NCBI GenBank assembly: GCA_002269645.1
Contig: NIVC01000897.1
Location: 186,001-250,000, forward strand
Reading direction: 5' to 3'
Source: Macrostomum lignano
Taxonomy: Eukaryota
Length of the DNA: 64,000 nt
Shown: one piece after another, positions 14,461 through 24,111 of the stretch
Layout: every line of letters begins with the position of its first letter
How positions within the stretch are numbered: position 1 is the stretch's first letter
Notes under the pieces: model-generated
Seen by the model: the letters and a program-made list of their open reading frames with translations, nothing else
Database searches by the model: none
What the model was told of the DNA's origin: nothing
Program-made: the position numbers and the translations under genes

Positions 14461-17400
14461 ATCCTCGTACTAGATCCCTGCTCTCACAGATCCTCGTGAT
14501 AGATTTCTGCTCTCACAGATCCCTGCTCTCACAGAGTCTCGTGCTAGATCCCTGCTCTCACAGATCCTCGTGATAGATTCCTGCTCTCACAGATCCTCGT
14601 GATAGATCCCTGCTCTCACAGATCCTCGTGATAGATCCCTGCTCTCACAGATCCTCGTGATAGATCCCTGCTCTAACAGATCCCTACTCTCACAGATCCT
14701 CGTGATAGATTCCTGCTCTCACAGATCCCTGCTCTCACAGATCCTCGTGATAGATCCCTGCTCTCACAGATCCTCGTGATAGATCCCTGCTCTCACAGAT
14801 CCCTGCTCTCACAGAGTCTCGTGCTAGATCCCTGCTCTCACAGATCCTCGTGATAGATTCCTGCTCTCACAGATCCTCGTGATAGATCCCTGCTCTCACA
14901 GAGCCTCGTGATAGATCCCTGTTCTCACAGATCCCTGCTCTCACAGAGTCTCGTGCTAGATCCCTGCTCTCACAGATCCTCGTGATAGATTCCTGCTCTC
15001 ACAGATCCTCGTGATAGATCCCTGCTCTCACAGATCCTCGTGATAGATCCCTGCTCTCACAGATCCTCGTGATAGATTCCTGCTCTCACAGATCCCTGCT
15101 CTCACAGATCCTCGTGATAGATCCCTGCTCTCACAGATCCTCGTGATAGATTCCTGCTCTCACAGATCCTCGTGATAGATCCCTGCTCTCACAGAGCCTC
15201 GTGATAGATCCCTGTTCTCACAGATCCTCGTGATAGATCCCTGCTCTCACAGATCCCTGCTCTCACAGATCCCTGCTCTCACAGAGTCTCGTGCTAGATC
15301 CCTGCTCTCACAGATCCTCGTGATAGATTCCTGCTCTCACAGATCCCTGCTCTCACAGATCCCTGCTCTCACAGATCCCTGCTCTCAGATCCTCGTGATA
15401 GATTCCTGCTCTCACAGATCCTCGTGATAGATCCCTGCTCTCACAGAGCCTCGTGATAGATCCCTGTTCTCACAGATCCTCGTGATAGATTCCTGCTCTC
15501 ACAGATCCCTGCTCTCACAGATCCTTGTGATAGATCCCTGCTCTCACAGAGCCTCGTGATAGATCCCTGCTCTCACAGATCCTCGTGATAGATCCCTGCT
15601 CTCACAGAGCCTCGGGATAGATCCCTGCTCTCACAGATCCTCGTGATAGATTCCTGCTCTCACAGATCCCTGCTCTCACAGAGTCTCGTGCTAGATCCCT
15701 GTTCTCACAGATCCTCGTGATAGATCCCTGCTCTCACAGATCCCTGCTCTCACAGAGCCTCGTGCTAGATTGCTCTCACAGATCCTCGTGATAGATTCCT
15801 GCTCTTACAGATCCTCGTGATAGATTCCTGCTCTCACAGATCCTCGTGATAGATCCCTGCTCTCACAGAGCCTCGTGATAGATCCCTGCTCTCACAGATC
15901 CTCGTGATAGATCCCTGCTCTCACAGAGTCTCGTGCTAGATCCCTGCTCTCACAGAGCCTCGTGATAGATCCCTGCTCTCACAGATCCTCGTGATAGATC
16001 CCTGCTCTCACAGATCCTCGTGATAGATCCCTGCTCTCACGGATCCCTGCTCTCACAGAGTCTCGTGCTAGATCGCTGCTCTCACAGATCCTCGTGATAG
16101 ATCCCTGCTCTCACAGAGCCTCGTGATAGATCCCTGTTCTCACAGATCCTCGTGATAGATCCCTGCTCTCACAGATCCCTGCTCTCACAGAGTCTCGTGC
16201 TAGATCCCTGTTCTCACAGATCCTCGTGATAGATCCCTGCTCTCAAAGATCCCTGCTCTCACAGAGTCTCGTGCTAGATCCCTGCTCTCACAGATCCTCG
16301 TGATAGATTCCTGCTCTCACAGATCCCTGCTCTCACAGATCCCTGCTCTCACAGATCCCTGCTCTCAGATCCTCGTGATAGATCCCTGCTCTCACAGAGC
16401 CTCGTGCTAGATCCCTGCTCTCACAGATCCTCGTGATAGATTCCTGCTCTTACAGATCCTCGTGATAGATTCCTGCTCTCACAGATCCCTGCTCTCACAG
16501 ATCCTCGTGATAGATCCCTGCTCTCACAGATCCTCGTGATAGATTCCTGCTCTCACAGATCCCTGCTCTCACAGATCCTCGTGATAGATCCCTGTTCTCA
16601 CAGATCCTCGTGATAGATCCCTGCTCTCACAGATCCCTGCTCTCACAGAGCCTCGTGCTAGATCCCTGCTCTCACAGAGCCTCGTGCTAGATCCCTGCTC
16701 TCACAGATCCTCGTGATAGATTCCTGCTCTTACAGATCCTCGTGATAGATTCCTGCTCTCACAGATCCTCGTGATAGATCCCTGCTCTCACAGAGCCTCG
16801 TGATAGATCCCTGCTCTCACAGATCCTCGTGATAGATCCCTGCTCTCACAGAGTCTCGTGCTAGATCCCTGCTCTCACAGATCCTCGTGATAGATCCCTG
16901 CTCTCACAGATCCTCGTGATAGATCCCTGCTCTCACAGATCCTCGTGATAGATCCCTGCTCTCACGGATCCCTGCTCTCACAGAGTCTCGTGCTAGATCG
17001 CTGCTCTCACAGATCCTCGTGATAGATCCCTGCTCTCACAGATCCCTGCTCTCACAGAGTCTCGTGCTAGATCCCTGTTCTCACAGATCCTCGTGATAGA
17101 TCCCTGCTCTCAAAGATCCCTGCTCTCACAGAGTCTCGTGCTAGATCCCTGCTCTCACAGATCCTCGTGATAGATTCCTGCTCTCACAGATCCCTGCTCT
17201 CACAGATCCCTGCTCTCACAGATCCCTGCTCTCAGATCCTCGTGATAGATCCCTGCTCTCACAGAGCCTCGTGCTAGATCCCTGCTCTCACAGATCCTCG
17301 TGATAGATTCCTGCTCTCACAGATCCCTGCTCTCACAGATCCCTGCTCTCACAGATCCCTGCTCTCAGATCCTCGTGATAGATCCCTGCTCTCACAGAGC

Positions 17401-19142
17401 CTCGTGCTAGATCCCTGCTCTCACAGATCCTCGTGATAGATCCCTGCTCTCACAGAGCCTCGTGATAGATCCCTGCTCTCACAGATCCTCGTGATAGATC
17501 CCTGCTCTCACAGAGTCTCGTGCTAGATCCCTGCTCTCACAGATCCTCGTGATAGATCCCTGCTCTCACAGATCCTCGTGATAGATCCCTGCTCTCACAG
17601 ATCCTCGTGATAGATCCCTGCTCTCACGGATCCCTGCTCTCACAGAGTCTCGTGCTAGATCGCTGCTCTCACAGATCCTCGTGATAGATCCCTGCTCTCA
17701 CAGATCCCTGCTCTCACAGATCCCTGCTCTCACAGAGTCTCGTGCTAGATCCCTGTTCTCACAGATCCTCGTGATAGATCCCTGCTCTCAAAGATCCCTG
17801 CTCTCACAGAGTCTCGTGCTAGATCCCTGTTCTCACAGATCCTCGTGATAGATCCCTGCTCTCACAGATCCTCGTGATAGATCCCTGCTCTCACAGAGCC
17901 TCGTGATAGATCCCTGCTCTCACAGATCCTCGTGATAGATCCCTGCTCTCACAGATCCTCGTGATACATTCCTGCTCTCACAGATCCCTGCTCTCACAGA
18001 TCCCTGCTCTCACAGATCCCTGCTCTCACAGATCCCTGCTCTCAGATCCTCGTGATAGATCCCTGCTCTCACAGAGCCTCGTGCTAGATCCCTGCTCTCA
18101 CAGATCCTCGTGATAGATTCCTGCTCTTACAGATCCTCGTGATAGATTCCTGCTCTCACAGATCCCTGCTCTCACAGATCCTCGTGATAGATCCCTGCTC
18201 TCACAGATCCTCGTGATAGATTCCTGCTCTCACAGATCCCTGCTCTCACAGATCCCTGCTCTCAGATCCTCGTGATAGATCCCTGCTCTCACAGAGCCTC
18301 GTGCTAGATCCCTGCTCTCACAGATCCTCGTGATAGATTCCTGCTCTTACAGATCCTCGTGATAGATCCCTGCTCTCACAGAGTCTCGTGATAGATCCCT
18401 GCTCTCACAGATCCTCGTGATAGATCCCTGCTCTCACAGAGTCTCGTGCTAGATCCCTGCTCTCACAGAGCCTCGTGATAGATCCCTGTTCTCACAGATC
18501 CTCGTGATAGATCCCTGCTCTCACAGATCCCTGCTCTCACAGAGTCTCGTGCTAGATCCCTGCTCTCACAGATCCCTGCTCTCACAGAGTCTCGTGCTAG
18601 ATCCCTGCTCTCACAGATCCTCGTGATAGATTCCTGCTCTCACAGATCCCTGCTCTCACAGATCCCTGCTCTCAGATCCTCGTGATAGATCCCTGCTCTC
18701 ACAGAGCCTCGTGCTAGATCCCTGCTCTCACAGATCCTCGTGATAGATTCCTGCTCTTACAGATCCTCGTGATAGATTCCTGCTCTCACAGATCCCTGCT
18801 CTCACAGATCCCTGCTCTCACAGATCCTCGTGATAGATCCCTGCTCTCACAGAGCCTCGGGATAGATCCCTGCTCTCACAGATCCTCGTGATAGATTCCT
18901 GCTCTCACAGATCCCTGCTCTCACAGATCTTCGTGATAGATCCCTGCTCTCACAGAGCCTCGTGATAGATCCCTGCTCTCACAGATCCCTGCTCTCACAG
19001 AGCCTCGTGCTAGATCCCTGCTCTCACAGATCCTCGTGATAGATTCCTGCTCTCACAGATCCCTGCTCTCACAGATCCTTGTGATAGATCCCTGCTCTCA
19101 CAGACCCTCGTGATAGATCCCTGCTCTCACAGATCCTCGTGT
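14461..19142. repeat. ~4.7-kb satellite of two subunits: 16-bp CAGATCCCTGCTCTCA and 15-bp CAGATCCTCGTGATA (variants GAGTCTCGTGCTA, GAGCCTCGTG)
   Basis: Direct inspection; fills almost all of the RPS27A-RPL14 spacer. Confidence 0.98.
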
Positions 19143-19231
19143 TTATTATTTAATAATTTAAAATACTTTAAGTAATTGCTAATATTTGCTTTTATTGTAC
19201 ACTTATTTTGCAGCTGACAAGGTAGCTCGAA

Positions 19232-20491
19232 ATGGGCAAGCTCGATAAATTCGTCGAGGTCGGCCGCGTGGCCTTCATTGCCAACGGCAAAGACTCTGGA
19301 AAGGTGTGCGCTATCGCTGAAATTATCGACCAGAACCGAGTCCTGATTGACGGTCCGTGTAGCGGCGTTCGCCGGCAGGTGTGCGACATGAAGCGCCTGC
19401 ACCTGACTAGGTTCTGTATCGACCTGCCGCACTCAGCTCGCACCGCTGTTGTCAGGCGGAAATGGACGGCCGCTAAACTGGACGAGAAGTGGAAGGAGAC
19501 CAGCTGGGCTAAGAAGCTGGAGTCTCGCCGCCTGCGCACTAACATGAGCGACTTCGATCGGTTTAAACTGGCTCGCGCGAAACAGGTTAGCGGCTTTCAC
19601 TGCTTTACCATTTTGCCTTTTTGCCATATGTATTTGACGGAAAATTAGTTCGACTCTGCTTATATAATCTTCACTATAACCCCTTTGAGATTGCAATTCG
19701 AACCCCCAAGGATTCATTATGGACCCTTAATCCCATTGTTCCTAGCTATCGCCCCTACTAAACCCATCCTATTAAAAGTCTCTAATCCCTTTGTTTTTAA
19801 GAATCGGCACCACTAATCCGATGGGATTAAAAGTCTAATTCCATTGTTTCAAGAATCAGCCCTACTAATCCGATCGGATTAAAGGTTTAATCCCATTGTT
19901 TCAAGAATCGCCTCCCACTAATCCGATCGGATTAAAAGTCTAATCCCATTGTTTCAAGAATCGCCTCCCACTAATCCGATCGGATTAAAGGTTTAATCCC
20001 ATTGTTTCAAGAATCGCCTCCCACTAATCCGATCGGATTAAAAGTCTAATCCCATTGTTTCAAGAATCGCCTCCCACTAATCCGATCGGATTAAAAGTCT
20101 AATCCCTTTGTTTCAAGAATCGCCTCCCACTAATCCGATCGGATTAAAAGTCTAATCCCATTGTTTCAAGAATCGCCTCCCACTAATCCGATCGGATTAA
20201 AAGTCTAATCCCTTTGTTTCAAGAATCGCCTCCCACTAATCCGATCGGATTAAAAGTCTAATCCCTTTGTTTCAAGAATCGCCCTCATTAATCAAATCGA
20301 ATTAACAGTCATGTAATCCACTTGCATTGAAAATAGACGTGCATACATATAATCCTTTCAACTCTCCCCAACAGATCCGCAACAGCATCATCGCCCTGGC
20401 GGCCGGTAAAATCCGCAAGGAGGCCAAGGCCAAGCCGAACGCGCTTCGATTTCGCAAGCCAAACAAGAAGCGTCACATTAAGAAGGAATAA
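19232..20491 (+). CDS. RPL14: 60S ribosomal protein L14 (eL14), 156 aa; exons 19232-19585 and 20375-20491
   Basis: FVEVGRVAFI...GKVCAIAEIIDQNRVLIDGP...MSDFDRFKL motifs. Phase-0 intron CAG|GTTAGC ... CCCCAACAG|ATC; exon 2 reads IRNSIIALAAGKIRKE...KKE*. Acceptor TTATTTTGCAG 18 nt before the ATG. Confidence 0.96.
19808..20300. repeat. 53-bp minisatellite in the RPL14 intron; each unit carries the 16-bp palindrome TAATCCGATCGGATTA
   Basis: About 9 copies, period 53 (19921 to 19974). Confidence 0.95.
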
Positions 20492-20744
20492 TTGATTGAC
20501 AGAATGGGAAAAGACAATCTGTGGAGTGTTTCTGGACTTTTCTAAAGTCCATAACTAGTAATTGTCGGCTTCGTGCGTTCACTGTTGACCGTCAGCAGTG
20601 CCTAGTGACACTTGCTCTAAAAATACACTTGGTTTTGCCGAGCTAAATGTGAAGAGCCATTGTGCTGTTTGTTGGATGAAAAAACATGCTACTCGGACTG
20701 CTTTTGCCCGCCTTTGGTTCTTTTTTCTTTTTTGTTTCTTATAC

Positions 20745-21865
20745 AGACTGTCATACTCTCCAAGAGTCTGCTGTACAAACTGTCAGAATCTCCAAGAGTC
20801 TGCTGTACAAACTGCCAGAATCTCCAAGAGTCTGCTGTACAAACTGTCAGAATCTCCAAGAGTCTGCTGTACAAACTGTCAGAATCTCCAAGAGTCTGCT
20901 GTACAAACTGTCATACTCTCCAATAGTCTGCTGTACAGACTGTCAGAATCTCCAAGAGTCTGCTGTACAAACTGTCATACTCTCCAATAGTCTGCTGTAC
21001 AGGCTGTCATAATCTCCAAGAGTCTGCTGTACAAACTGTCATAATCTCCAAAAGTCTGCTGTACAAACTGTCAGAATCTCCAAGAGTCTGCTGTACAAAC
21101 TGTCAGAATCTCCAAGAGTCTGCTGTACAAACTGTCAGAATCTCCAAGAGTCTGCTGTACAAACTGTCATGCTCTCCAACAGAGTGTTGTACAGACTGTC
21201 ATGCTCTCCAACAGGGTGTTTTACAGACTCATGCTCTCCAACAGGGTGTTGTACAGACTGTCATGCTCTCCAACAGGGTGTTGTACAGACTGTCATGCTC
21301 TCCAACAGGGTGTTTTACAGACTCATGCTCTCCAACAGGGTGTTGTACAGACTGTCATGCTCTCCAACAGGGTGTTGTACAGACTGTCATGCTCTCCAAC
21401 AGGGTGTTTTACAGACTCATGCTCTCTAACAGGGTGTAGTACAGACCGTCATACTCTCCAACAGGGTGTTGTACAGACTGTCATGCTCTCCAACAGGGTG
21501 TTGTACAGACTGTCATGCTCTCCAACAGGGTGTTGTACAGACTGTCATGCTCTCCAAAAGGGTGTTTTACAGACTGTCATGCTCTCCAACAGGGTGTTGT
21601 ACAGACCGTCATACTCTCCAACAGGGTGTTGTACAGACTGTCATGCTCTCCAAAAGGGTGTTTTACAGACTGTCATGCTCTCCAAAAGGGTGTTTTACAG
21701 ACTGTCATGCTCTCCAAAAGGGTGTTTTACAGACTGTCATGCTCTCCAAAAGGGTGTTTTACAGACTGTCATGCTCTCCAAAAGGGTGTTTTACAGACTG
21801 TCATGCTCTCCAACAGGGTGTTGTAGACTGTCATGCTCTCCAACAGGGTGTTGTAGACTGTCTTA
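20745..21865. repeat. 32-bp minisatellite in two variant blocks (CTGTACAAACTGTCAGAATCTCCAAGAGTCTG, then TTGTACAGACTGTCATGCTCTCCAACAGGGTG)
   Basis: Direct inspection; switch at ~21165. Confidence 0.96.
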
Positions 21866-22425
21866 CTCCAGACTCTTGCAGACCTTGACACTCGAATAAC
21901 CAAAAACTAACTCATCTTGAATAATTTTATTGCAAAGCTCATTTGTATATTTAATTATTAATTGTTTCTTATGTATAGAACATATTATGCAGTATAGGAA
22001 TTAAGTTGTAATACTTTAGGGTGTTTTTCACTAGGTGGCATAAAAAACGAGTGAAAAGCATGCGTAAAAACTGGAGGAGTGTGCGTGCTTGAAGCGTGAA
22101 AAATACGAATTATTGTGTACACTGCATACAGGCAAAATAAAAAAAAATTAAAATGGCGCGAAACAATTCGACTTTAGCAGACTGAATCTACAGAAGATAT
22201 TTGATTTTCACTTCTTGTGCAGTTAAGCTACTGTACTATCTAAGTAGTAGTAATAGTATGATATTACGCTCGTATTACATAATTTTAAGAAAACAGAGAA
22301 ATACAAAGTGCTATTACAAATATAAAATGTTGAAAAACTACTATAGTTTTTTATGAATAATTTATCTTTTTAGTTACCATTTGGTATGTTGAAATTCGGG
22401 ATTTAAAAAATTTGATAAAAAAATT

Positions 22426-22507
22426 CGTCGCAAGCAGGATTCGAACCTGCGCGGGGAAACCCCATTGGATTTCTAGTCCAACGCCTTAACCACTCGGCCA
22501 TCGCGAC
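22426..22507 (-). tRNA. tRNA-Ser(AGA): tRNA-Ser, anticodon AGA, 82 nt
   Basis: Minus strand GTCGCGATGGCCGAGTGGTTAAGGCGTTGGACTAGAAATCCAATGGGGTTTCCCCGCGCAGGTTCGAATCCTGCTTGCGACG: 7-bp acceptor stem, TTGGA/TCCAA anticodon stem, long variable arm, A and B boxes, T7 terminator immediately downstream. Confidence 0.97.
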
Positions 22508-22741
22508 TTGTCACATCAACAACTTTGCGCCAGGTCCTATCCTAATCTAATCTAGATTCTGACTCAGTACATCTAATAAATTCGTACTGTATTTCCCTAC
22601 TTGTTGACATATGCACGGTATGAAAGCATAGCGTACGGGGGAGCAACTCAATCAGATACTGTGAAGCTGTTTCTCCTGACATACATGTAGTAACTACGAG
22701 TAGCTACACTTGGGTGTGAAACAGTAAGCTATCTAGATATA

Positions 22742-23695
22742 CGAGGGGCATTCAAAAAGTTTTGGCAACAGGCGACTAAAATCTAGTGGAAGCTTATTAT
22801 TCTAAAAGTAAGGGTTTACAGTCCTTCTATGTAGTCTCCGCCGCGCTCTATGCACTTCTGATGCCTCCGTATCCACGAATCAAAGGCGCCACGGTACTCC
22901 GATTCAGTGAATGCCCTCAACTCTGAATTGATAGCGCGGGCCAGGTCTTGCGGCCTCTGAAATCGGCGCCCAGCCAGCCTCTCCGTCAATTTCGGGAAGG
23001 CCCAGAAGTCGCACGGAGCTAAGTCCGATGTGACGATGTCAGAGAGGCGCTTGGTGCCGCCAGAACCAAAGCAGCGCAAGAACTCCTGACTGCAGCGAAC
23101 CCGCTCCTGGCGCTGCTCCTCAGTGAGCTGATGTGGCACCCAACGAGCTGTGATTTTTCTGAGACCCAGCTGATCATGCAGGATGGTGAAAACGCTGCTA
23201 TCAGATATGCCAAGTGTCTGGCTCAGTATGGCAACAGAAATGTTTGGGTCCTCAGCCACCAGCGATTGCACAGTGTCAATGTTGCTCTTGGTCACGGCTG
23301 TGCTCGGCCTCCCAGATCGAGGGTTGTCACTGAGGCTGCTCCTGCCGGCGCCAAAAGCCTCAATCCATCGCGCAACAGTTCTATAAGATGGAGCTTGATC
23401 CCCTATCACCTGTGCTAAGTCGGCATGGATTTTGGTGGCATTTTCTCCAAGTTGTACGCGTATGAAGATGTAGAAGCGCGCATTTTCTGAGCTGATATTT
23501 TCCATATTATGTCAGAAGCTGAAACTTAGTTATGGTTAGCTGTGAATTGTGCAATAACGGGTGAAGCTATTGAGCTGAAAGTTTATACGTTGGTATCAGG
23601 CATGTTACTAAAGACATTCCTAAAATTTAGTGCATTTTGCTTGAGCCAAAGTATATCTGCATATGCAGTTGCCAAAACTTTTTGAATGCCCCTCG
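22742..23695 (-). mobile_element. Mariner (Tc1/mariner) element, 954 bp, internally deleted
   Basis: Perfect 28-bp TIRs CGAGGGGCATTCAAAAAGTTTTGGCAAC / reverse complement; TA target duplication at 22740-41 and 23696-97. Confidence 0.97.
22816..23505 (-). CDS. Mariner transposase remnant, 229 aa, open frame, lacking most of the DD34D core
   Basis: N-terminal HTH region and ARWVPHQL motif intact. IVT joins directly to SDLAPCDFW, so the (G)DE and HDNA motifs are absent. Confidence 0.9.
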   Translation of the reverse strand: MENISSENARFYIFIRVQLGENATKIHADLAQVIGDQAPSYRTVARWIEAFGAGRSSLSDNPRSGRPSTAVTKSNIDTVQSLVAEDPNISVAILSQTLGISDSSVFTILHDQLGLRKITARWVPHQLTEEQRQERVRCSQEFLRCFGSGGTKRLSDIVTSDLAPCDFWAFPKLTERLAGRRFQRPQDLARAINSELRAFTESEYRGAFDSWIRRHQKCIERGGDYIEGL

Positions 23696-23748
23696 TATAA
23701 CGACCTGTGCCAGTGGTCCTTGGCAGCTAACTGCATGCGTCTTGGCAC

Positions 23749-24073
23749 TCAAGTGGGCAGCAGCGAGAACACCTGCACTCGGCCGTTGCCCCGATCGCAG
23801 GCCAGCAACTCGCCACAGCCCGCGCACACGGCCAGGCCGCCGAGGTCGCGAAACTCGCCAGGGCGCCGGCCGTTGCTCCCGGCGACGCCAACGCTGGCAA
23901 TTAGACGACCGTCGTCTGAGCAGTGCGCCTGGATGCGCTGGCCTCCGCTGGTCACCGCGTAGAGCACGCCTGCGGCTGCGTCCGCCGTCAGCCAGCTGGG
24001 CGAGTCCACTCGGAATTCCAGCTGACGCAGCCCCGTGTCCGCGTCCAGGACCACCACCTGAGGGTGTACAGCG

Positions 24074-24111
<38 letters not shown>

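Noticed and set aside
19808-20300. CRISPR-like appearance of palindromic repeats (also 56490-58775)
   Set aside because: No unique spacers, no cas genes, eukaryotic intronic context.
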